Shown piece after piece: positions 13,401 through 25,400 of a DNA stretch of 64,000 bases. This DNA is from Malacoraja senta. Lineage: Eukaryota. How positions within the stretch are numbered: the first letter of the stretch is position 1; each line of letters begins with the position of its first letter. A program made the position numbers and the translations under genes. The notes under the pieces were generated by a model. It did no database searches, was not told the origin of the DNA, and worked only from the letters and a program-made list of their open reading frames with translations. Where the stretch lies: the NCBI GenBank assembly GCA_038087875.1, contig CM075986.1:28396001-28460000 (forward strand). Reading direction: 5' to 3'.

Positions 13401-16400
13401 TGAGGTGGCTCGGGGCTCCACCAACCGAACCTGCACGTGCCTGCGACCTGCAAACGGCAGAGTTAACCCTGGGTCTACAGCGGTTCACAAACAGAAAGCT
13501 GCCATTGATTGCTAGCGGTGGCATCAAACAGGTGGAGAGGTCACAGGTCAAGTGGCCGGGAGGCAGAAACTGGGGAGCTCAGTGTCACATTGTTTTGCAG
13601 ATTCACAGAACCCCCTCACTGTAGCTGGGGGGGGGGGGGGGTACAGAAGAGCTGCAGCGACAGGTGGCATCGGCAGCCCTGGGCTGATGGACGGGTGGGT
13701 CAGTCATATCTCTCCTGCAACCCACCAGAGGCTAACAATGAGATATGGGTGTGCTGTGCTCCTGTCAAACAATCCATATCATGGCCTACCATAATGCAAA
13801 GCCATGTCTATGTCATCTTCACATATGTCAAGGAGTTAAAAAAACATATTTGTTTACTTTATTTCACATAAAAACTGTGTGAGCAAATTTTAATCTACAT
13901 CCCAAATTTGCGGGCAGTGATTTGTGAATTCTGTGAGGGAAGTTAGGAACCAGCACACCTGACTGGCCGATCCATCGCTGGAGGCAAAACTGAGCCTTTA
14001 GACTTTACGTTAGACTTTAGAGAACAGCACGGTAAAAGGCCCTTTGGCCCAGCGAGTCCACGCTGACCAACGATCACCCCGTACACTAGATAGATTAGAT
14101 AGATTAGATAGATTAGATAGATAGATAGATAGATTAGATTAGATTAGATAGATTAGATAGATTAGATTAGATAGCCCTTTATTGTCATTCAGACCGAAGT
14201 CTGAACGAAATTGCAACAGTCATACATAAAACAACAATAAACACATATTAACATCCACCACAGTGAGTCCACCCAACATCTCCTCACTGTGATGGAGGCA
14301 AAAGTCTTAGGTCTGCAGTCTCTTCCCTCCTCTTCTCCCTCTGCGCTGAGGCGATACCCCCCGGGCGATGTTTCCCGCGGCTCAAACACCGCGGCCCGGG
14401 GTGGTCGAAGCTGCCGCCCACCAGTCCTGCAAACGCAGCCGCTGGCCCACGGCCGAACCCCGGACTCAGGCCACCACCGCCAGAACACCATCCCAGCCAC
14501 CCTCACGTGAGTACCGTGCCGTCTTCAGCCTCGGGCTGGGCCGCCCCGACATGGGCGCCGAACCTCCCCCCGGGCCGGGCTGCCCCGACTTGGGCGTCGC
14601 TTCTCCCCCCGGCCGGGCCGCCGAACCTCCCTCGGGCTGGGCCGCCCCGACTTGGGCGCCCACGGGAGCACTGTTCCAGCCCTGAGCCGGACCACCCTCA
14701 CGGGAGCGAGCTCAGGGCGAGTCCTGACGGGCTCTGCCTCCGGAGCCTCTAGGTCATCAGCTCCATTAGGCCTCAGCGCAGACGGAGGCAGAGAAGGGGA
14801 ATACGACCAAAAGTCGCATTCCCCCGCAGGGAGAGACTGCAAACCCCGTTACAACCCCCCACCCCCCCAAAACACAAACTAAGAACCAAAAACTAGACTA
14901 ACCAAAACGAAATAAACAACACAAAAAACACAAACAAACAGGACTGCCGATGAGCCGCTGCAGCCAGTGCCGCGCCGCCACTAATGTTATTCTACACACC
15001 TGGGACAATTTACAATTTTACCGAAGTCAATCAACCTATAAACCTGTTTAAGAAAGAACTGCAGATGCTGGAACAATCGAAGGTAGACAAAAATGCTGGA
15101 GAAACTCAGCGGGTGAGGCAGCATCTATGGAGAGAAGGAATAGGCGACGTTTCTAAGGGTCTCTACCCGAAACGTCACTTATTCTTTCTCTCCATAGATG
15201 TTGCCTCACCCGCTGAGTTTCTCCAACCTATAAGCCTGCATGTCTTTGGAGTGTGGGAGGAAACCTGAGCACCTGGAGAAAGCCCACGCGGTCACAGGGA
15301 GCCGGGAGAGTTCCTGGAGAGAGCCACAGGGTCACCTCACACTCAGGGCTCTGCTTTACATCAGGGTCAGCGACATTTGTGGAGCGTTTGAAGGTGCAGG
15401 TGGGAGCTTTGTTTCATTTTAGTCAGTATTTTTATTTTGTCACTGATTTTATGTGCCCTCAGATAAAAAGTTTTAAGTAGTTTAATTAATTTGGGGATAG
15501 CACTGAATAGCGGTTTCGTTGCCGCTGCTCTCTCCTCAAATTGTGCTTCTGATTTTCTTTTTTGTGTTTTTGGAAGGAATTCTGTCCCTGATTTGTGTAT
15601 TGGTCTTTATAACTTATTTTTTTAAATTCTGATTATATGTTTCCTATAAATCTCTGTAAGGTGTCCTTGAGACCTCGGTATAAGGCGCCCATAAATAAAA
15701 TTCATTATTATAGTCATAAAGTGCAGAAACAGGCCCTTCAGCCCAACTTACCCACATCTACTTGTCCCATCTACACTAGTCCCACCTGTCTGCGTATGGC
15801 CTATACCCTTCTAAACCTGTCCCAGCTATGTACCTGTCCAATTGCTTCATAAACATTGTAATCGTCCCTGCCTCAACTACCTTCTCCGGCAGCTCGTTCC
15901 ATACACCCACCACCCTTTGTGTGAAAATGTTACTCCTCAGATTCCCATTAACCCCCCCCCCCCCCGCCCTTAAGCCTATGTCCTCTCGTTCTTGAACCCA
16001 GTGGTCAAAAATGTCATTTTGAACCTTAATCTTTGGTTGTGTTATTGCATTCACAGCTGCACGGGTCAAACATTGGGGCAGATTTTGAGGAATCTCCAAG
16101 TGTGCGAGATCCTAATTTGGGAATAGTGATGGTGTTGAGACGTTCGCCTCAGTGGGAGAGTAGTTACCCTTCACTTGAAGCAGCATCAGTTTGCTGAAGG
16201 GGAGGCTGCTGCTGCTGCTGAATGGCTGCTCTGTCATCTTCACGTTGCGGAGGTTGACGTTCTTGAAGTTCTCCTTGCTAGTTAGCCCTGCCAACGCCAC
16301 GTCAGCATAGTTCGAGTGTTTGGCCACTGTAAACGTGCAAAAATCTTCATCAGACAGACCAATACATATAAAGCATGATGTTAAATAACTTTCCTATGCA

Positions 16401-19400
16401 ACAGACATCTTTTTTTTAATATCAGATACACAAGGATTAAATATCTGGAATAACATAAAATGACCTTAAAGTGACCCTAAAGATCGAGGTAGAACATAGA
16501 ACGCTTCAGCACAGGAAAGGGCCCTTCGGCCCACAATGACATGATGCCGTTAAATTGGTTTCATCTGCCTGCACATGATCCATATCCCTCTGTACTCTAT
16601 ATGCCTGTCCAAAAGGCTCATACACCACTGTTGTATCTGCCTCCATCACCACTCCTGGCATTGCGTTCCAGGTCTCCACCACTCGGTATGTAAAAAAACT
16701 TGCCCCAAACATCTCAGTTAAACTTCCCCCGTTCCCCTGTGCCCTCTAGTTGGGCATTTCCACCCTGGGGAAAACGTTCTACCCCATCTATGCCTCTCAT
16801 AATTGTATGCACTTCTAACAAGTCTCCCCTCAATCTCCAACTTTCTAGAGTAAACAATCCAAATCTATTCTGAAACCCTCTGATCCAGACAGCATTCTGG
16901 TAAACTGCCTCTGCACCTTCTCCAAAGGCTCCACATCTCTCCTGTAATGAGATGACCAGAATTGCACGGAAAATGCTCCAAAGTCTGATCAAAATCCTAT
17001 AGAGCTGCATCATTACTTCCCGACTTTGATGTTCAATGCAGCTAGCAATGAAGTCAAGCACACCTTCTTAACCACCCTATCTACATGTGCTGCCATCTTC
17101 AGTGAACTATGAATATGGACTCCAAGATCCCTCTGCACATCAGTGCTGTTTATGGTCTTGCCATTAACAGTATAGTCTCTCCTTACATCCAAAGAGCAAC
17201 ACACTTGTTTGGATGAGAAGATATTTCTTCCCAGACAGTGGTGAATCAGTGGAGGTTTGCTGAGGCTCCGTTATTGAGTTCATTCACATTGGAGATGGAT
17301 GGATTTCCGGACATTAAAGAGATAAAGGGATACGGGGAGAGTGTGGGAAAATGGTACTGAGGTAGAAGCTTATCCACAGGTGTGATGAGGGCCAGAGAGC
17401 CTATCCGGCCTACTAATTGCTCATGTCCCTATGAAAGCAGCAAAGGAAGGCTATATTGGATAACACGCCATCTGCACTGTGTTCAAATGCAGTGCGCAGC
17501 CTGCGGTATAATATCAACCCAAAACACATTTATTTTATTGCCTCCATTATGAGTACCAGTTTTTATTTAATTACACATCATTTAATTATTTCAGTTAATT
17601 AAAATGGTGGTGGAAGTAGATTCAGTAGTGACTTTGTAAAGGGGTTTGTAAACGTACAAGATGGGAGATGGTGTGGGGCCAATGCTGCCAGCACAGGCAG
17701 ATCCACTTACTCTTCTCCGCCCGGATCCTCCTGGCCTCCACCGCGGCCACGTTGAGCCGCTGCTCGGTGTACTCCAGCCGGAGGTCCCCTCGGGCAGCCA
17801 GAACTCGCAGGGGGTTGCGCGACGACTGGGTTTTACGAGTGGGTCTCACTGCTCGCTTGTGTTCTGCCACCTCAAAGATCAGCCTGCAGGGACAAAGGCA
17901 GCATTAACCCAGCAACCGACCCAAGCTGCAGTCCATGTTGCTGAGTTCACCTGTTGAGTTCCTCCAGTACTGTGTGGCACCACATTGCAGCATTCTTGTG
18001 TCTCTATTAAAAATCAGCAACTCCCCTAGTCTTAATCCATCTTCATGTGCAAAGAGTAGCTGAATGGTTTTGTTGGAAGGAACTGCAGATGCTGCTTTAG
18101 ACTGACACAAAATACTGGAGGAACTCAACAGGTTAGGCAGCATCTCTGGAGAGAAGGAATAGGTGACGTTTCGGTTTGAGACTGGTCTGAAGAAGGGTTT
18201 TGACCCGAAACGTCACCTATTCCTGTTCTCCAGAGATGCTGCCAGACCCGCTGAGTTACTCCAGCATCTCACAGGAGGCTGCGAGTGGCAGACAGCTCCA
18301 AAGAGGCAGCGGAGAAGCTGGGCGTCAGATCCTCATGGCCGGACTCTGAGTTGGAGCATCAGGAGTGGACACGGCAGTGGTTGAGGTCGGGAACTAAGGG
18401 GGACCACAAATGAATTGTGTTAAAAATGGTTTGTGTTAAAATGGTATACTTGCATACCTTGGGTATACAAAACATAGCAATGTTACAAAATTTTGAGATT
18501 TTAAAAATCAAGTCTGCAATTTATCCCATCAGATAAAGCATAAAAATAAGTTTAATTTGACACCTAATTCATTTTCATATCTTCAGTATAACAAAAGTTA
18601 TGGCCATTTTCATACTTGGAAATTAGCATCTTGTTCCCTATTGCTTTTCCATTGACAACAGAAAAGCTGTGACCAAGGACAGTCAAAAGCCCATAACTTT
18701 CTTAAACATTAAGAGAACTGAAAGAAATGTTCAGTTATTATAGTTTGAAGCATTCTGAAACAAATATGAAACAATCTTACTTGGATGACCTGAAATTAAT
18801 TAGTTAGTTACCCAATTGTAGCTAATTACAAAATTCAATTACTAGATCTAAACATCTATCCATTTCTTAAGAAAAGATTAACATTTTTAAATAGCCTGTG
18901 TCCAAATAACATTCACACAAGAATTCACAATATAACATTATTTTTAAATCTCATTGTCATGGATTTATAGGCCAAATGGAAGGAATTTAGTGTTTAATTC
19001 CCATAAATTAATGGCCATTTAAATCATCTTGCGAGTGGGTTTTTGTGGAACACGATCGATTGGAACATTGCGGTTGCGGTGAATTTAAACCTCATATCGG
19101 CAGGATAAATACTGCCGGTTCGTATGGGTCCTAAATCACCTTTTCGCAACGTAAAATTTGGATTAAAGGCATCCTAAGAAGCACGTTTATATGTAAAATA
19201 AACGGCTTTCCTTTACCTGTCCCGTGCGTGAAATCCGTCCCCGTTGTCGGCGTTCACGGCATTAGAAGCTGATTTTTTAATTACTCCAGCGCTGAAATTG
19301 TCAGGCGATTAAAAAATATAATTCACAGAACGGCCGTCGGAACAAATCTTCAGCAAAAGCTTGCACTCCGAGAAAATATATCCAGGACAGGTAGGAGAAA

Positions 19401-22400
19401 AAACACATTTTAACCCCGCCCCCCCCCCCAAAGGCGGCAAAGTCGCGCACACGGCCAGTGACAGAACTGCAGCGCCGCTGAAGGTAAGTTTTGTAACATA
19501 CCTACAAAACAAAGAATATCACTGTGACTTGTCACATGTGACAATAAAGTATCAATAATGTTCTCCCTGTGACTGTGTGGGTTTCATCTGGGTGCTCCGG
19601 TTACCTTCCATATCCCAAAGACATGTGGGTATCCAGGTTAATTGGCCTCTGTAAATTTCCATTTGTGTTTAGGGAGTGGTATAAAAGAGAGCTAGTTTGA
19701 ATGGGTGATCAATGTGTGGCATGGATTTGATGGATCAAAGGCCCTGTTTCCCTGCTGGATCTCTCAACGAAACTCTAAACTCTCAATGAAATCAAAGCAA
19801 AACCTGAACAACAAAGATGCTTGAGATCTGAAGCAAAGTAGGAACTGCTGGAAGTTTGACCTGAAATGTTAACTTCCTATTTCCACAGATGCTGCCTGAC
19901 CTGCTGAATATTTCCTGCATTCGATTCTGCGTAATTATCTTAATTTGCTTTTGTTCTTGATTTCAGAGCTCAGCCTTTGCTCACAACTCAACACATCAAA
20001 CCTGCCATGCTTCCTGCTCACTCTAACATCCAGCATGGTGCAGCCGCCTCTGGCTCCTGCTCCCCTCACAGGTAATCGCAAGCCATAGTTGAAGGAACGG
20101 ATCTCAACCATTTTCCCCAATCCCATGTGACGGAAAGGTTACTCAACCTCCAGAAAAGCCTGCTGATCCAATTGTGACATCCAACTGCTTTCTGAAAGGA
20201 TTTCTCCTCCTTTGTTTGTACTTTGAAACCCATTCTATGTCCAGTATAGTGAAACCTCTTATTTCACTTGGGCAGCTTACAATCCAGCGGTATGAACCCT
20301 AATTATTCTAATTTCTCGTAACCCTTGCATTCCCTCTCTCTCTGTCCCTCCCCCACCCTGGTCGTCTTGCTAGTTTTAGTGTTCGTATCCCTTTGGTATA
20401 ACCTCCTCCACAGCCAACAATGGACCATTGTGGGCTCCTTGGCCATCTTTGCAGGATCTGATTTCTTCTGTACCTTTTCATATAAATCATTTCCCTTTCC
20501 CATGATTCTCAGTCTGAAGAAGGATCTTAACCCGAAACAGTCATCTATTCCTTTTCTTCAGAGATGCTGCCGGTCCCACTGAGTTATTCCAGCATTTCGT
20601 GCCTATCTTCGGTTTAAACCAGCATCTGCAGTTCCTTCCTACACATATATGGAATATATTCAAGGTTAGGGTTATCCTTTCTCTGTAACACTGTATTGCT
20701 ATTGAACTATATTCTGCACAGCCATTTTTCTCTTTGCACTTGTATATGGTCATCGTACTCATATATGTTATGAATTGACTAAGAGCTCACAAAACAAAGC
20801 TTTTCATTAATCTCAGTACATGTGAGAATAAACCAACACCTTTATTCCTCTCAGATGTTAACAGGTTCTTTACAACAAGCCAATTGAGTTCTTACTTTGG
20901 CGTGTTGCTTTCAAAAATGGCATCAAAGCTCTCTTCGATTTTCACCACAGTGGACGTTAGGAGGCTCGGTGTGTGCTTATAGAATTTACTGAAAGTGTCG
21001 TCATCATCTGGCCTCAGTACTTCCTTCACTGTTTGTTCTGTCACCGTGATGGTCGTCTCCTGGTTGCTGGCGGCTGAGGAAAGATCACATGAAGTCACGT
21101 CTGTTATCAAAGGCCTGGAAATACAGATAGTTGGAGATAATTCACGATTAATGAACACAAACAGCAACGGGAAGGAAAGGCCGATAATGTCCCGGAAACA
21201 GCACACCATCTATCGTAGTTTCATTGAAAGAAGCAGGCTGTTCATTTGTGCAAACTATGATCCCCTGAACAGTAATAAGATAAATAATTTTAGTAATATT
21301 TGCTGAGAATGTTTTTGTTTCCTCTGGGAAATAGGATCTTTCTAAAACCTGGGATGTTATAATCTGTACAAAAATGGGGTGAAGAAGGGTCCCGCCCCGA
21401 AGCGTCACCCATCCATTTTTTCCAGAGATATTGCCTGACCCGCTGAGTTACGCCAGCACTTTGTGTCTATCTTTGCTATAAACCAGCATCTGCAGTTCCT
21501 TGTTTCTACATGGGCTATTCGTGTCCACCTATGAAGGTTTATCATCGGCTTGGGAAGTGAAACATTCTGACAGAGTAGCACTCACACTCCACCGGTGATC
21601 TGTAAAGGTCAAACACATGTAAATACCACCAGTGTATATCTCTGATGGCTGATCCACTCTAAGCAGGAAAGTCCCAGTTACTCCCCTGGTCTCTGCTAAA
21701 GTTTATGAATTTAAGTCAGACAGGTTAGGTGTCTCAGTACTCATGTAATACATGTAAAACAAAGGAATGCCAGGGTTCTGGTTCTCTGTTTAGTAGATAC
21801 CGTGGTACAGACAGTTACGAGACTAGTAAGTATTATCTAGGAAATAGATATAAAATGCTGGAGTAACTCAGCGGGACAGGCAGCATCTCTGAAGAGAAGG
21901 AATGGGTGACGTTTCAGGTCGAGACTCTTCTCCAGAGATGCTGCCTGACCCGCTGAGTTACTCCAGCACTTTGTGTCTATCTTCAGTGTAAACCAGCATC
22001 TGTTGTTCCTTCCTACACTAACTATTATCCAGAGTCTGAACGAAAAACGTTAAGATGAGTTGCTGTGTCCCACCATGGCTGTTGTCAAATTTAAGGCCAG
22101 TTAATTCAATAATTTGTAATTGTCAAATAAAATGGACAACAGTCACAGGAGTTTCGACCAGCCCAGACCCGGGGTCCGATCGCCCGGCGCGGGGGAGCTG
22201 AGATCCCCTCAATGCGGGAGCTTGATCGCCCTGATGTGGAGGGCCTGACCGCCGGTTGCGGGAGCCAAGATCGTCCCGTCAACGGAAGGCTCGAGGCCCC
22301 CGACCACGGGAGGACAAAGAAGGGAGAGTTGAACTTTATTTTTGACTTCCATCACAGTGAGGAATGTGGAGGAGTCACTGTGGTGGATGTTTATGTTAAA

Positions 22401-25400
22401 ATGTATTTTGTGTGTTTTGTTGCTTTTTATTGGTATGACTGTACGACAAATCAAAATCCTCATATGTTGCAAAACATACTTGGTTAATAAAGTATGATTA
22501 TGATTTAGTTTACATTAAAATTTTGAGATACAGTGTGGAAACAGGCCCTTCGACCCATTGGGTCCGTGCTAACCAGCGATTCCGGCACACAAACACTATC
22601 CGAAACACACTAGGGACAATTTATAATTTTACCAAAGCCAATTAGCTTACAAACTTGTACGTCTTTGGTGTGTGGGAAGAAACCAGAGATCCCGGAGAAA
22701 GCCCAAGCGGTCATGGGGACAACGTACTCCATACAGACAGCACCCGTAGTCAGGGTCGAACCCGGGTCTCTGGCGCTGTATGGCAGCAACTCTACTGCTG
22801 CTGTTCTATGTTTTATGCATCCCTGGTTTCAGGTCTAGTTTCTGATGAACCTAACAGAGCAGGGGTGTCAGGGGTTATGGGGCAAATGGAGGAGAATGGG
22901 ATTAAGAGGAAAAGATAGATCAGCCATGAATGAATGGCGGAGTAGACTTGATGGGCTGAATGGCCGGAAGTGGCGGTGCTGCCCAAGCAGCTGCGGCTCG
23001 CCTGCAGTATGTCTGTCTTTTTTTCCCTTTTTTTCTTGTTGGACGTATATTTTAGTTTATTTTTAGTTGTGTATATGTGGGGGGGGGGGGGGGGACTTGT
23101 TTTAGTCTCTTCCTTCGGGGGGATGCGACCTTTTCTTGTCATATCCCCATCTCCGTCTGCGCTGAGGCCTAATCGCGGAGCTGGCAGCCTCTAACTGGGG
23201 CCGACCTCGATGCTCCGGAGGCAGAGCCAGGACTCACCATCGCGAGGCTGGCCAACTTCGGGGTTGTGGTGGCGCTGTGGCGGCAGCCCGACCTCGGAGC
23301 CTCGGAGGCTTCGGCCGCGGGCCCTGAGGATGACAACATCGGGAGCTCACAGGTCCCAGGTTGGTGACCGATTCTCCGCAGTTCCCGCAACAACAGCTTC
23401 GTCCACTGGACTGGAGGGTGGCAGCTTCGTCCGTCCTGGGCCACGGAGTTTGAACCGGCCCGTTCGCGGAGCTCGGATTCGGCCGCGGGACTTACCATCA
23501 CCCGGCGGGGGGGCCCAACATCGAAAGCCTGGATCGCCTCAACGCAGAGGGAGAACAAGGAAGGAAGGTACATGGACTTTAAGACTTTTGCCTTCCATCA
23601 CAGTGAGGAGATGCCTGGTAGACTCACTGTGGTGGATGTTAAACTGTGTTCATTGTGTGTTCTGTTATTTTATTCTCTGTTATGACTGCAAGGTATTTAA
23701 TTTCGTTCAAACTAACAAGTTTCAATGACAATAAAGGATGCTTTATACTTTATACTTTATTCTGCTTCTGGAACTTTTGAACTGATGAGGAGAACTTGAC
23801 CATTCTTTGAACAGATTCCTCCATTGCCTATGTATAACCTCCTCCATTCCTCCCCGATTCTGCCTTTCGTGCATTCCCAGTTTGCACTGGCCAACCGTGT
23901 CCTGGGAAGCCTGAGAATGAACTTCTGGAATTTTGTTAATAACCTTCAGGTGGCACAGTGGCACAGCTGGTGGAGCTGTTACCTCACAGACCCTTACAGC
24001 ATCAGAGACCCAGTTCAATCCTAATCTCCACCGTTGGCTGTGTTAAATGTTCTCTAGATGCCAGCTGATCTACATCGGTGAGACCAAGCGGAGGCTTGGC
24101 GATCGTTTCGCCGAACACCTCCGGTCGGTCCGCAATAACCAACCTGAACTCCCGGTGGCTCAGCACTTCAACTCCCCCTCCCATTCCATATCTGACCTCT
24201 CTGTCCTGGGTCTCCTCCATGGCCACAGCGAGCAACACCGTAAATTGGAGGAAATGCACCTCATATTCCGCTTGGGCAGTCTACATCCTGGGGGCTTGAA
24301 CATTGAATTCTCCCAATTCTGCTAGCCCTTGCTGTCCCCTCCCCTTCATCAGCCCTCTGGTTGTCTCCTCCCCTCCCCCAGCCCTCGGGCTCCTCCTCCG
24401 CCTTTTTCCTTTTTTCCTTTCTTCTCCCCACCCCCTATCAGTCTGAAGAAGGGTTTCGGCCCGAAACGTTGCCTATTTCCTTCGCTCCATAGATGCTGCT
24501 GCACCCGCTGAGTTTCTCCAGCATTTTTGTGTACCTTAAATGTTCATATTTTGGTTACAGTGGTTTCCTCCCATATAACAAGATGTGCATGTTGATCGGT
24601 TAACTGGCCATTGTAAATTGACTGTGGTATGTAGGCAAGTGGTAGAATCTGGGGGGATTGATAAGAAAGTGGGGTGGATTTTTTTTTAAAGTGCTGATAT
24701 TATGTTTTCAAACCATACAAGTGAACATGCGGCTGAAACTCTGCTCTGGGTGATGGGTCCTTATCCAAAAACTCAGTCATAGGGGATTCATTTTAACTGA
24801 GTGGTTTGCAAACACAACAGCAATGCAAGCGATGCAATCTGCAGTGTGGAATGAGTGAGATGTTTTGACATCATAGACATCTACATCGGCATAATTAACA
24901 AGTTTCCCTTTTCTTCCATTAGTGAAATAATTTTATCGTAAATTCTGATGAAAGGATTGTGATTAATGACTAGCGATTTCTAAAACATAGAGCAATTACT
25001 TTGTATTTCACTGCTTCATACATTTCCTTCTACCCCATCAGAAAGAGAACTGTGCTTAGCAATGTTACAAAATTTTGAGATTCTAAAATTAAAGTCTGCA
25101 ATTTATCCCATCAGATAAAGCATAAAAAGAAGTTTCATTTGACACCTAATTCACTTTCATATCTTCAGTATTAAAAAAGTTATGGCCATTTTCATACTCG
25201 GAAATTAGCATCTTGTTCCCTATTGCTTTTCCATTGACTTAACACAAAAGCTGTGATCGAGGACAGTCAAAAGCCCATAACTTTCTTAAAAATTAAGAGA
25301 AATGAAAGAAATGTTCAGTTATTATAGATTGAAGCATTCTGAAACAAATATGAAACAATCTTACTTAGATGACCTGAAATTAAAGCATATAATTAGTTAG

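Noticed and set aside
23169-23728. 134-172 aa GC-rich ORFs
   Set aside because: They lie in a GC-rich non-coding retroposon, and the frames are not conserved with the homologous copy at 14089-14978.
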